A stretch of DNA of 64,000 bases from Nitrospirota bacterium (GCA_963790205.1 CAWBNQ010000003.1:1-64000); one strand, 5' to 3'; positions 1-10,022 are shown, numbered from the stretch's first letter. A program made the numbers and translations. The notes: generated by a model not told the origin, from the letters alone.

Positions 1-468
1 GCGGACGATCTCCTGAGCGCCTACCCCCCGCAGGCCGGAAACGATCGCAATGCCGTCGCCGACCTGAAGGACTTCCCCAATGTCAGCAAGATCTTCGACA
101 CGGAGCCGCGGCTCCGTGTTCTCGATGATCCGCGCCAGGTGCGCGGCCGTCTCCTCGATCGTCGTCAGGCCCTCTCGTTTTAGCGCCGCAAATTGTGATT
201 CCAGGTCTTCCAGGAGTTTCCGCCGGAGATCGAGGTCGAGTTTTTTTTCTCTTCCTAAAATCAGCCTGGCGCCGACATCCAGACGCGGATTTACTTTCAC
301 GTCGATCGAGAGCTCTCTTCCCGCAACCGCCGACAGCTTTGCCTTGAGTTGATCGACGAGGAGAGGATCAAGGGGTATCTGGGTTTCGAGGAGAACAACG
401 GGTTCGCGCAGGCCTATTAAGAGGGAGCCCAGGGCGGACTCTTCACGCTTATGCCGGTTCTGTTCCAT
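1..468 (-). CDS. atpA: F-type ATP synthase subunit alpha, N-terminal part (runs off window), with a delta-C-terminal-like N-terminal extension
   Basis: Not in the ORF track. Manual translation from ATG at 468 is open to base 1: MEQNRHK...LRVEDLADIGEVLQVGDGIAIVSGLRGVGAQEIVR. GxVxxVGDGIA is the alpha N-terminal motif; the gene follows atpF. Confidence 0.92.
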   Translation of the reverse strand, partial: MEQNRHKREESALGSLLIGLREPVVLLETQIPLDPLLVDQLKAKLSAVAGRELSIDVKVNPRLDVGARLILGREKKLDLDLRRKLLEDLESQFAALKREGLTTIEETAAHLARIIENTEPRLRVEDLADIGEVLQVGDGIAIVSGLRGVGAQEIVR

Positions 469-510
469 GGTTGCAGTGCCCTTCACCTGTACTATGTCGT
501 ATGGTGCTCA

Positions 511-1047
511 CTAACGGGATGCGGTGCCTTCCATCTCGTTCAGGCTGGCGAGAATGAGCTTTTGCGTCGCTGCCCGGCGCTCGCTTTCCGTCAGTGATTC
601 TTCGATGAAGCGACGGGTGACGAGCGTGACCAGCGTGACCAGCTGTTCGGACGCCTCGCCGGCCACCCGTTCTTTTTCGGTCTCGATGGCTTGTCCGGCC
701 TGGAGAAGGATCGCGTTGGCTTCCTGTTCCGCCCGGTCCAGCCCGGCCCGGCGCTCTTCCTGCGCGGCTGTCCTCGCTGCCTCGATGGTCCTCCCGGCTT
801 CCGCACGGGCTGCGGCGACCAGTGCAGCGGCCTGTTGTCCGGCTTTCGCATATGCCGCCTCCGCTTGGTCGGCCTTTTCCACCTCGGCGGCAATGCGCTT
901 GTGCCTTTCTTTCAGAGCGGTCCCCACGATCCGGGGAAGGAGAAATCGGATGATGAGGACGAGCAGAATAAATTGCACAAGCTCGACCGTAAACATCAAC
1001 GGTTCCCCGGTGATCTGGCGGAACACTTCCTGGATCAGTTCCTTCAT
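511..1047 (-). CDS. atpF: ATP synthase F0 subunit b
   Basis: N-terminal TM (VELVQFILLVLIIRFLL), then ERxxRI and an Ala/Glu coiled coil; ATG overlaps the upstream stop (ATGA). Confidence 0.88.
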   Translation of the reverse strand: MKELIQEVFRQITGEPLMFTVELVQFILLVLIIRFLLPRIVGTALKERHKRIAAEVEKADQAEAAYAKAGQQAAALVAAARAEAGRTIEAARTAAQEERRAGLDRAEQEANAILLQAGQAIETEKERVAGEASEQLVTLVTLVTRRFIEESLTESERRAATQKLILASLNEMEGTASR

Positions 1048-1550
1048 GGCTGCTTTGCCGCTCCTCTGGCCGTAAGAACCCGGTTGACTACCAGCCGGAG
1101 GGCCTCCTCGTCCACCGTGGGGATCATCTTGACCAGTGTCTGCTTGCTGCACGTCAGGAGATGCTCTTTCAGCCGGGTCTGTTCCAAGCCTTTGAGGCGC
1201 GCAATCTCTTCCCGTCCGCTGGCAAGGATTTTTCCCGCCTCGGCATTGGCCAGAGCGCGTTTTGATTCCCCTATCCCGGCTAGCTCTCTTCTGACGTCTT
1301 CGGAAAAGCGCTCTGCTGTCTCGGCTGCCTCAGCCGCGATCCTCGCAGCTTCCTCCCGCGCCTGCTCTGTCAATACGTCGGCTTCCTGATACCTCGCGCG
1401 CGATCTCTCCAGCTTGCCGGTCCTTTTTTCCATCACGTCGATCAAGGGGGTGAAAAGCACCGTTTTCAAGATAAAGAAGGTCACCAGAAAGATGGCCGCC
1501 ATCGCCGCCATGGTGATCAGATTCAGTTGCTCCAAAGGATTGAGACTCAT
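1044..1550 (-). CDS. ATP synthase F0 subunit b' (second b-type subunit)
   Basis: MSLNPLEQLN...IFLVTFFILKTVLFTPLIDVMEKR pattern followed by a coiled coil; lies between atpE and atpF. Confidence 0.85.
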   Translation of the reverse strand: MSLNPLEQLNLITMAAMAAIFLVTFFILKTVLFTPLIDVMEKRTGKLERSRARYQEADVLTEQAREEAARIAAEAAETAERFSEDVRRELAGIGESKRALANAEAGKILASGREEIARLKGLEQTRLKEHLLTCSKQTLVKMIPTVDEEALRLVVNRVLTARGAAKQP

Positions 1551-1576
1551 ATGCTGACTCCTTCGGTCCCGGCAGG

Positions 1577-1804
1577 CTAGATCTTTGCCGCCACCATCAG
1601 CGCGATGACCAGGCAGTAGATCACCAGAGCTTCGACCAGGGCCATGGCGACAAGCATGGCGGTAAACAGCTGGGGTGCTATTTCCGGCTGTCTGGTCATG
1701 CCCTCGATGGCCGCATGAGAGATTTTTCTCATGGCCAGGGACGCGGCGATGGCGACAGGTACGATGGTCAGTGTCGGGATGAATATCATGAGGATCGCTT
1801 GCAT
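1577..1804 (-). CDS. atpE: ATP synthase F0 subunit c
   Basis: Two hydrophobic helices, RQPE loop, ion-binding Glu in ALVEALVIY. Confidence 0.93.
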   Translation of the reverse strand: MQAILMIFIPTLTIVPVAIAASLAMRKISHAAIEGMTRQPEIAPQLFTAMLVAMALVEALVIYCLVIALMVAAKI

Positions 1805-1882
1805 TGTCATTCCCCTTTCTACGTGTAAGGTTCACTCCGTTCGAGAAGGCCGTTGGCTATGACCGATGGAAAACTTTGTTCT

Positions 1883-2590
1883 TTACCGGACCGGTTCTGA
1901 TGACGGCTGTTCGATTGGCGAAACCTCCTGACGCTTTTCCTTTCGAGGCCGTTTCTCTTCGATATGGATGGCCTCGGCAAGAAAGTTCGTCGTCAGCAGC
2001 GTGAATACCAACGGCTGAATAAAGGCCGGTATCAACCCCAGGGCATGAATAATCAGGGGGATCCCGTAGGGGGCCGCTTTGGCAACCAGCAGGGCGACCA
2101 TGAATTCACCGCCGATATTGCCGAATAGCCGGAGGGAGAGCGAAAGGGTATGGCCGACCTCGGAAATGATCTGGAGCGGATTGGGCCAGAAGAGGTGCTT
2201 GAGAGCGCTGAAAACGCCGTTGAGTCGGGCGCTGATGATCGTGATCCCGAGTATGGCGATAAGGGCCAGTGTCAGCGTCCCGCTGTAGTACGACGTCGGC
2301 GGGATGTTGATGATCGGGAACGGCAGGACAGACAAAAGATTGGAGCACAGGATGAACAGGAACAGACTGGCGAGGAACGGAGCGATTACCGGCACTCCGT
2401 CGGGGCGCATGTCTCGGGCCTGTTGCACAAACCACTCCAGGACATACTCAGCGACGTTCTGGATAGTATCGGGAACTTCAGACGGTTTCCGCCGGGTCGT
2501 TACGAAGGCCAGCGCGATCAAGACAAGCGCCACGAGAGCGAAATTGAAGATGACGATATAGGGCATCAAGTGCCGCATGGTCTCTGACAT
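1883..2590 (-). CDS. atpB: ATP synthase F0 subunit a
   Basis: LSLSLRLFGNI with the essential Arg, IQPLVFTLL, multiple TMs. Confidence 0.95.
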   Translation of the reverse strand: MSETMRHLMPYIVIFNFALVALVLIALAFVTTRRKPSEVPDTIQNVAEYVLEWFVQQARDMRPDGVPVIAPFLASLFLFILCSNLLSVLPFPIINIPPTSYYSGTLTLALIAILGITIISARLNGVFSALKHLFWPNPLQIISEVGHTLSLSLRLFGNIGGEFMVALLVAKAAPYGIPLIIHALGLIPAFIQPLVFTLLTTNFLAEAIHIEEKRPRKEKRQEVSPIEQPSSEPVR

Positions 2591-2611
2591 GGATCCGCCT
2601 CCGGCCCCCAA

Positions 2612-2812
2612 TTACCATTCCTTCTTAAGCCTCATCATGTCACGGACAGCAAAACTAAAAGCGACCAGGATGCCGGCTCCGGTAATATACGGAAAGGTGG
2701 TGAGCCATTTATCCAAACCATATCCGATGGCGCCGCCCGCTGCAATGTAACTGGGGATGAGCGACCAAATGGCGACGATCTTAAGCAGCTTTGTCGAGAT
2801 CAGGCCCTTCAT
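2612..2812 (-). CDS. AtpZ/AtpI(AtpQ)-family small membrane protein
   Basis: GGAIGYGLDKWLTTFPY motif; directly upstream of atpB. Confidence 0.8.
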   Translation of the reverse strand: MKGLISTKLLKIVAIWSLIPSYIAAGGAIGYGLDKWLTTFPYITGAGILVAFSFAVRDMMRLKKEW

Positions 2813-3308
2813 GGCTCGTATGCTCCTTCTTTGCCGGCGTCAAAACCGGGACCGGTTCTTTTTCCTCATCTTTATTTCTTCCCCTGATCGGCATGTTCTG
2901 CCAGATCTTCACGATGATGAGACCCCCAACGAAAGCGGCCAGCGCATAAACCACAAACGGCATCAGCGCCGAGCTCGAAGCCTCGTATGCCTGAGGGCTG
3001 TTGCCCGCCATGAAGCTTAAGTAAACGGCTAAGCCGGGCAGCGTCAGCACGCCCAGCAAGCGCGAGATCCGCGCCCTGTTCTGGAGTGAGGACAAGACCC
3101 CGATGGCAAGGGAGATGCCCGCGAGGAACCCGAGCATACAGGGAAGGATGAATGTCGACCATCCGAGGAAGATGGTCAAGAGAATCAGCAGGCCGAGCAA
3201 CGCCCCGAGGGTCAGCGACGTCCCCACCAGCTTCAGGGAGAAGGCCAGAAGATATCGGTTTCGCGTTTTTTCTCTGGCTTCATCGTCAAAAAAAGTGGTG
3301 CCTTCCAT
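2781..3308 (-). CDS. hypothetical 4-TM membrane protein, first gene of the atp operon
   Basis: Four hydrophobic segments; GGAGG RBS; overlaps the next gene. Confidence 0.65.
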   Translation of the reverse strand: MEGTTFFDDEAREKTRNRYLLAFSLKLVGTSLTLGALLGLLILLTIFLGWSTFILPCMLGFLAGISLAIGVLSSLQNRARISRLLGVLTLPGLAVYLSFMAGNSPQAYEASSSALMPFVVYALAAFVGGLIIVKIWQNMPIRGRNKDEEKEPVPVLTPAKKEHTSHEGPDLDKAA

Positions 3309-3918
3309 TGTGTTGCCTCCGGCCCGACTACTTTTTGACTAGCAAAAAACGCCTTCGGCTATGGACCATCTGATAAACTGTATCAGATCTCAAGATCAAG
3401 ATTACGATGAGGCGCTCCATGAATGCCAAGTGTCTGAACTCGCTTCGCTTCCCCTCGTGTTCATTTACTTTTAATACAAGTATATCAACCGTCTTACGGT
3501 CGGTCAATGCAACGTTAGTTGTACGTGGCATGTGGCGGGAGTGCAAGTCGGGTAGGGGAACTGGATGCTTCTCTTATAATGAAGCAAGGCCGCATCAGTA
3601 GCGATTTTTTACGGTGATGGCGTCCGATGCTCATATCGTTGAACTCGAGTGCGTTGTAGTAACGCCCGATGATGGCATGAAGCTCCGGCGCAGATGTCAA
3701 ATCGCACCTGTTCCGTGATTGATTTTCCGGAGAATATGGCTATAATCAGTACCAGAGAGGCAGGGGACCGTGATCCGACTGCGTGGGGAGCATGATTTCG
3801 AAACGTTCTGCACGGTCATCAACGACGCGTGTATGCCAAGGCGCGACCCCCGCGGATATCGTTTGCGTGTTCTCGCATCATCACTTCTTCTCATCGCTGA
3901 AGGGAGGAGCGTACGGAC

Positions 3919-4277
3919 ATGGACGGCATGCAGCGCATCCTGCAGGCAGTGACTGTGGCTATCAGCATTATGGGCGCGGTAATCGTAATCTGGGGCATAG
4001 CTGATTCTGTCCATGCTTTTTTCGTGATGAAGATCACTCGGTCTCTTCTTATTAAAGACGTGATCCAGGAGAGCGAGGCATCCGGCAACGGTTGGGGGCG
4101 CACCTGCTGCTGGGGCTCGAAATCTTTATTGCCGCCGGTATCATCAGTTCAGTAGCCAGCCCCGCGGGGGAACGCATAGGCATCCTGGCATCTATTGTCT
4201 GCGTTCGTACGGTCCTGAGCTATTTTCTGCGGATGGAGATGAAGCGGGGAGTCCATCAGCGCAACGGTAGTAAATAA
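3919..4277 (+). pseudogene. DUF1622-family membrane protein, frameshifted near 4080
   Basis: The N-half (3919) and the C-half LGAHLLLGLEIFIAAGII...RTVLSYFL lie in different frames; one added base near gagcgaggcatccgg restores IRQRLG. Confidence 0.75.
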
Positions 4278-4301
4278 GTACGATATGATCAAGGAGGCCT
4301 C

Positions 4302-5768
4302 ATGAAGCACTCTGCCAGTGGGTTTATACTCACGACAATAATTGCTGTCATTGCTCTTCTGTCCGCGACCGGTTTTGCCGGGACGAGCTACTTCGACGTG
4401 GACCGCGAATTCTATCCCTACTATCCGTCCCTGGTGAAGTGGAACAAATCGAATGCTCCCTTCACGGAACCCGCGGTCTGCGCAGGGTGTCATCCGCAGC
4501 AGTACGAGGAGTGGACCGGTTCGGTGCATGCCCTGGCGTTCCAGGACCCGATCTACCAGGGGGAGCTGAACAAGGGGTTCAAGGCCGTGGGCCACGAGGT
4601 CACGCGCCAGTGCGAGGGCTGTCATTCACCCGCCGGCATGGCGACGGGCGAGATCAAAGGCCCCGGCCTCAAGGGCTTGAGCCCCCTGGCCCTGGCCGGC
4701 GTCTCGTGCGACATCTGTCACTCGGTGAGCGGCGTGACCCACTGGCAGACGCCGACCCACGAACCGGAAAACGGATCGTTGGTGCTCACACCCGGCGTGG
4801 AGACGAGCGAAGGCGTGAAACTGATCAAGCGAGGGCCGTGGAAACCTTCGGAGGGATGCGGCGGGGGGTTCCATGACTGCGTCGAGTCGCCGCTTCACCT
4901 GCAGGCCGACCTCTGCGCGTCCTGCCACGACGTCTACCACTATGACAAGCACTTCCCGCTCGAGGCGACCTATCTCGAGTGGAAGCACGGCCCCTATGCG
5001 CAGAAAGGGATCCTCTGCCAGGATTGCCACATGGTCGACACCGCGACGTTCATCCGCTCCGCTGATGCCTTCAAAAAACCCGAGCGCACTGAATATCGCC
5101 ATACCTTCATCGGCGCGAATTATCTTCTCTTCTACCTCGCCGAGGCCGCCGCGCGCAAGGCCGGAGACGAAAAGCTCGCCGCCAACCTGCACCGGAAGTT
5201 CGAGGCCGCGGTGGAACGGCTCAAGGCCGCGGCAGCGCTCGAGCTCTTCCCCGTGTACCGTAAGGGCGCGCTCGCGGAGATCAAGGTCAGGGTGAAAAAT
5301 ATCCGCGCCGGGCATAACCTGCCTACGTCGCTTACGAATGTGCGCGAGATGTGGCTGGAAGTGAGCGCCAAGGACGCCGCCGGCAACCTTGTTGTGAGCA
5401 GCGGCGGCTTCGACAGTCCCGGGACGCTTTTCCCCGACACCCGTTTGTTCAATTCCGAGGGCATGGGCACGGACTTCCATTTTGCCGTTGATCCCTGGGT
5501 GGTAACGGCCTTTTCCCGGAACGATACGATCCCGCCCCGGGGGTATAAAGACGCGTACTTCGGCGTTGCCCCGGTGAAAAAAACGGGAATGGTCACGATC
5601 GAAGCGCGGCTCCGCTACCGCCAGGCAGACCAGAAAACGGCAATGAAGATCCTCGATGAGGTCCCGGAGGACATCAATCTGGAAAAGATCTACGGGATCA
5701 GGTACGCCCCGTCCCTGCCGATCGTTGAGATGGCAGTGAAAAAGGCGAGTTTCAAGAGCAGGCAGTGA
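4302..5768 (+). CDS. periplasmic pentaheme cytochrome c (c554-like family)
   Basis: Signal peptide; five CxxCH motifs (CAGCH, CEGCH, CDICH, CASCH, CQDCH); WxGSxHA and GHNLPT motifs. Confidence 0.9.
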   Translation: MKHSASGFILTTIIAVIALLSATGFAGTSYFDVDREFYPYYPSLVKWNKSNAPFTEPAVCAGCHPQQYEEWTGSVHALAFQDPIYQGELNKGFKAVGHEVTRQCEGCHSPAGMATGEIKGPGLKGLSPLALAGVSCDICHSVSGVTHWQTPTHEPENGSLVLTPGVETSEGVKLIKRGPWKPSEGCGGGFHDCVESPLHLQADLCASCHDVYHYDKHFPLEATYLEWKHGPYAQKGILCQDCHMVDTATFIRSADAFKKPERTEYRHTFIGANYLLFYLAEAAARKAGDEKLAANLHRKFEAAVERLKAAAALELFPVYRKGALAEIKVRVKNIRAGHNLPTSLTNVREMWLEVSAKDAAGNLVVSSGGFDSPGTLFPDTRLFNSEGMGTDFHFAVDPWVVTAFSRNDTIPPRGYKDAYFGVAPVKKTGMVTIEARLRYRQADQKTAMKILDEVPEDINLEKIYGIRYAPSLPIVEMAVKKASFKSRQ

Positions 5769-5810
5769 TGTCTGAAGTTAGAAGGGAGAAGTGTGAAGGG
5801 GGGGTGCTTC

Positions 5811-6347
5811 ATGGATGCCATCGAGAAGAAGATCGGCAAAACGATTCTCCGGCTCGTCTCCGCGGACCTCACCGAGCGTGACGTGGACGCCGTTGTGAAC
5901 GCTGCGAACAGCCGTCTCCAGCATGGCGGCGGTGTGGCGGGCGCGATCGTAAGAAAAGGCGGCAGGGTCATCCAGGAAGAGAGCGACAGGATCGGCCACG
6001 TGCCCGTGGGCGGCGCGGCCATCACGACCGGCGGCAAACTCAAGGCTCGCTACGTTATTCACGCCGTGGGTCCGAGAATGGGCGAAGGCGACGAGGACAA
6101 CAAATTAAAAAGCGCGATCAACAGCGTGCTCAACCTCGCCTCGGAGAAACGGCTCAAGAGCATTTCCGTGCCCGCCATCAGCGCAGGCATCTTCGGCTTC
6201 CCCAAGGACCGGTGTGCGAAGATCCTTGTGAGCGAGGCCGCTGCATTTTTGAAAAGCACGCCCGATAGTTCGCTTGAAACGGTGGAATTCTGTATCTTCG
6301 ACAGCGAGGCCTTCGAGTTCTTCAAAGCAGAGATTGAACCGTTTTGA
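5811..6347 (+). CDS. macro-domain protein (O-acetyl-ADP-ribose deacetylase/YmdB-like)
   Basis: DAVVNAAN, GGGVAGAI, VIHAVGP, PAISAGIFGFP. Confidence 0.93.
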   Translation: MDAIEKKIGKTILRLVSADLTERDVDAVVNAANSRLQHGGGVAGAIVRKGGRVIQEESDRIGHVPVGGAAITTGGKLKARYVIHAVGPRMGEGDEDNKLKSAINSVLNLASEKRLKSISVPAISAGIFGFPKDRCAKILVSEAAAFLKSTPDSSLETVEFCIFDSEAFEFFKAEIEPF

Positions 6348-6574
6348 CGATCGTTGAATCCAGGAGCAAGTGGATTTTTCTTTAGATGACGTGAGGTGCG
6401 GTTTAGGTAACGTTAAGGATGACCCGTATGGTTTCCTTATAAGGGAGGGCGCGTTCATGAAAAACAGGGTATTTCTACCCGGAGGGGGTATCGCCGTATC
6501 AACCCTCATTGCAATTAGAAGGCCCCAGCAACTTGTCGGAGGACTTTCCCCGTTAAGACAATGACGAATAGCTA

Positions 6575-7689
6575 CTACTCATATCGCAGCGCATCGATCG
6601 GGTTCAGCAGTGATGCTTTATAGGCGGGATAAAACCCGAAGAAAATACCGACAATTCCTGCAAGGCTGAACGCCAACAGGATGGAAAGGACCGTCACAAC
6701 GATAGGCCAGCCCAGGACGGAGGAGAGGACCATTGATGCGGATACGCCGAAGACACTACCTATGACGCCCCCGATCAGAGACATCGTCAGCGCTTCGGCG
6801 ATGAATTGCAGCCGGATGTCCCAAATCTTCGCTCCGGAGGCCATGCGGATCCCGATCTCTCGCGTGCGCTCCGTGACGGACACGAACATGATGTTCATGA
6901 TGCCGATCCCGCCCACGAAGAGCGAGACGGACGCGATGGCCCCCAGGAGAAGGGTCATCACCCGTGTGGACTGCTCCTGAACTTGCATGATCTGGGTAAG
7001 GTTCCGTATGGTAAAATCGTTGTCCTGTTGCTGTCCGAGATGGTGCCGCTGCCTGAGGAGGTCATTAATCTGTTCCGCGGCTGCAGGCAGGTCTTCAATG
7101 CTCTTTGCCTTGACCATGATGAACCATACCATGCCGGGAAAGGTAGCACCGAACAGTTTTTTCAGCGCCGTAGTCACAGGGACAAAAATAACGTCATCCT
7201 GGTCCTGGCTTTGAGGCGACTGTCCCTTGACGGACAGTACGCCGATCACGGTAAAAGGAATGTTATTGATCCTGATCGTCCGGCCTACGGGGTCTTGCTC
7301 TCCGAAAAGACTATTAACCACGGTCTGGCCGAGCAGGGCGACCTTCGTCGCGTTCCTCGCGTCCTGCCCTGGCGGGTAGGGGCAACTTCCGCCACCGCCG
7401 GGCATTCTTTCAGGATGGCCTCTGCATCGCGCGTAGTGAGCCTCGGTAGTGTGCCTGCTCCCAGCCTCGCGCCTCCGGCCGTTGCGCTGCCGAGCTGGAT
7501 GATGAGGAGGTTGCTCCCCATGCTCGATATTTGTTCGGCGATCCGCCAGCTTGCACCGGTGTCTACGGCTACCCTCGTGATCACGGCGGCGACGCCGATA
7601 ATGATCCCGAGCATGGTCAGGGCAGAACGCATCTTGTTCACCAAAAGTGCCCGGAACGATATTTTTATGGTAGAAAAAATATTGAGCAT
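6575..7689 (-). pseudogene. MacB/FtsX-family ABC permease, internally deleted and frameshifted near 7370
   Basis: N-part NKMRSALTMLGIIIGVAAV and C-part GGIGIMNIM..SVTERTREIGIR..LNPIDALRYE are in different frames; part of the periplasmic domain is missing; no partner ATPase or MacA gene adjacent. Confidence 0.85.
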
Positions 7690-8196
7690 AGGTATTTCAA
7701 TTTAGAAAGTGACCCCCCAAGCTTACGGTCCGATGATCAGCTACCCGTCAAACAGATTTTTTAATAGAACGAATAACCTTAAGAGAATAGTATCAGGGGT
7801 TCACCGATATTGGATTTTCCCCCGAGCGCTTTTTCCCTTCTTTAAATATTATAATCAAATCCGCTTCAGATTTTTTGCCACATAATCCCTCAGTTACAAT
7901 CAAAAGGGACAATTGCGTAGTATTGCTCAGCGTGATGTGAAAGATTGATGCATTCTGGCAGTCCATGCCTCATTATTCCCTCTGAGGTTCAACCAGACCC
8001 CAAAGTCAGCGCCCGCCATCAAAGAGGCACTGACACTAAAAAACTGAAAATACCAAACGTTGATAATCTGGATCGTCGCTCTCCACAAAGAATCGCAGCT
8101 GAGTCATGATCGTCACCGGACGGCATATTTAGTAATTTAAGAGTGTCTGAAGCGTCGGATGAGAGAAAAGAATCGCCGGAAGTGATTGAAAAAGAA

Positions 8197-8214
8197 TGGT
8201 GCCGGTGGTCGGAA
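8197..8214 (-). repeat. 18-bp direct copy of the tRNA-Leu 3' end (att-like)
   Basis: tggtgccggtggtcggaa is identical at 8197-8214 and 8362-8379. Confidence 0.85.
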
Positions 8215-8319
8215 GCTCACGCGCTTTGCTTCACGAGGGGACCGGCCCCCTCGTGCGCTCCCCCCGAAGCATAGGGGAATTCCTTCCCCCATACCCCCTA
8301 GTTCGATTCCGTCCACCGA

Positions 8320-8348
8320 AAAAAAAAGATCGGTAACCCCGATCTTTT
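8320..8348 (-). terminator. intrinsic terminator after tRNA-Leu
   Basis: aaaagatcgg..ccgatctttt hairpin; the A-run gives a U-tract on the minus strand. Confidence 0.7.
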
Positions 8349-8361
8349 CATGGTCATTATT

Positions 8362-8448
8362 TGGTGCCGGTGGTCGGAATCGAACCGACATGGAGTTGCC
8401 CCCGGAGGATTTTGAGTCCTCTGCGTCTACCAGTTCCACCACACCGGC
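8362..8448 (-). tRNA. tRNA-Leu (CAA)
   Basis: GCCGGTGTGGTGGAACTGGTAGAC...GAGGA-CTCAAAA-TCCTC...GGTTCGATTCC...ACCGGCACCA; long variable arm; encoded CCA. Confidence 0.97.
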
Positions 8449-8643
8449 ACGGGGTAAAATTACACTAACACCTTTCCGCTGTCAAGTAAAAACCCGGCAT
8501 AATTCCTTTTCTGCGCAATACCTTTTAAAAAGGGTGTCTCTTCTCATGTCGGGAACGTTGTCCGCGAGCGAAGGCCCGGCCTTGATCGTCTCGCCGCCAT
8601 TTTGAGGTTGCATCTTCCCCCCCTCCTTTGTATAATACCTTTT

Positions 8644-9090
8644 ATGCTCACAGGCTACAATACGGACTTCAAATACCAGGGCAAGATCTACCACGTGCAG
8701 ACGGAAGACGGCGGCGTCAACAGTCCCTCCATCACTTCTCTCCTGTACCATCAAGGGGCGATTCTCGCGTCACGCAAGACCAGCTATGCCGACATCCTCA
8801 AGGCGGATTGCCTCGATGACGTGGTGCGCGATCTTATGATGGAACAGCACAAGCAGATGATCCGCGACTTGATGCAGGGCAAGCTGGATCTGAACAACGC
8901 CCCCCATGAATCAACATATCGGCCGGCAATTGCTCCCAAGCCCGCCCCGGCAAAACAACAGGCGCTCGCCCCGAAAGCAGCGTCGCCCGCTCCTGTCCTC
9001 GCGCCTGCTCCCCCGGAGCCGGAAAAGGAAAAGAGCCTTGACGATATCATCCTCGATTTTCTTTCTCAGGAGCAGAAGGAAAAAAAATAG
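8644..9090 (+). CDS. conserved hypothetical protein with Pro/Ala linker
   Basis: MLTGYNTDFKYQGKIYHVQTED N-domain and EKSLDDIILDFL tail; host-like codon usage. Confidence 0.8.
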   Translation: MLTGYNTDFKYQGKIYHVQTEDGGVNSPSITSLLYHQGAILASRKTSYADILKADCLDDVVRDLMMEQHKQMIRDLMQGKLDLNNAPHESTYRPAIAPKPAPAKQQALAPKAASPAPVLAPAPPEPEKEKSLDDIILDFLSQEQKEKK

Positions 9091-9179
9091 AAGTAATTAT
9101 CATTCTTTACCTCGTGCAGCGAAGCGTTCGTGCGCGACTCTCGATAAACACCTGAACGGCTTAATGAGGAGGATTGTGC

Positions 9180-10022
9180 ATGGCAGTTACTGAAGAACAA
9201 TTAAAGGCACTTACCGACAAAGCGAGAAGGGTCCGGATCGACCTTCTGAAGATGCTGACGGAGTGCGGTTCCGGCCATACCGGCGGCAGCCTGTCCGCCG
9301 CTGATATCGCGACGGCGCTCTATTTCTACAAGATGAAGTACGATCCCAAAAAGCCCGGTTGGAACGGGCGGGACAATTTCATTCTTTCGAAAGGCCATGC
9401 GGCGCCGCTCCTGTACACCGTGCTCGCTCATGCAGGATTCATCGAGCATGCCGAGCTCTGCACACTCCGCAAACTCGGCTCCCGGCTCCAGGGCCATCCC
9501 GACAGCAAATACGTTCCGGGCGTCGAGATCTCGACCGGATCGCTCGGCCAGGGCCTGTCGGTGGCGAACGGCCTTGCGCTTGCGCACAAGCTCGACGGCG
9601 GAACAAACCGCGTGTACGCCTTGCTCGGTGACGGAGAACTTCAGGAAGGACAGGTCTGGGAGGCTGCCATGACCGCGGCGCACTACAAGCTCGACAATCT
9701 CTGCGCTCTCGTTGACAACAACGGCCTCCAGATCGACGGCCCCGTGGCAAAAGTGATGGGCGTGGAGCCGATCACGGACAAGTTCCGCGCTTTCGGCTGG
9801 GAAGTGCAGGACATCGACGGTCACGATATGTCGAAGATCGTCGCAGCGCTCGACAAGGCCGAGACCGTGAAGGGCAGGCCCACGGTCATCGTCTGTCGTA
9901 CGGTCAAGGGCAAGGGCTCGAAGTGCTTCGAAGGCAAGGTGGAGTTCCACGGCACCACGCCGTCGAAGGAAGAGCTCGAGATCGCGATGAAGGAACTGTC
10001 CGAAGAAACAGTGTGTAAATAG
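9180..10022 (+). CDS. transketolase, N-terminal subunit
   Basis: SGHTGGSLS, LSKGHA, STGSLGQG, GDGE..EG TPP-binding motif. Confidence 0.95.
   Translation: MAVTEEQLKALTDKARRVRIDLLKMLTECGSGHTGGSLSAADIATALYFYKMKYDPKKPGWNGRDNFILSKGHAAPLLYTVLAHAGFIEHAELCTLRKLGSRLQGHPDSKYVPGVEISTGSLGQGLSVANGLALAHKLDGGTNRVYALLGDGELQEGQVWEAAMTAAHYKLDNLCALVDNNGLQIDGPVAKVMGVEPITDKFRAFGWEVQDIDGHDMSKIVAALDKAETVKGRPTVIVCRTVKGKGSKCFEGKVEFHGTTPSKEELEIAMKELSEETVCK

Noticed and set aside
8137..8442. 101-aa ORF
   Set aside because: It is a translation of the tRNA-Leu gene and its flank.
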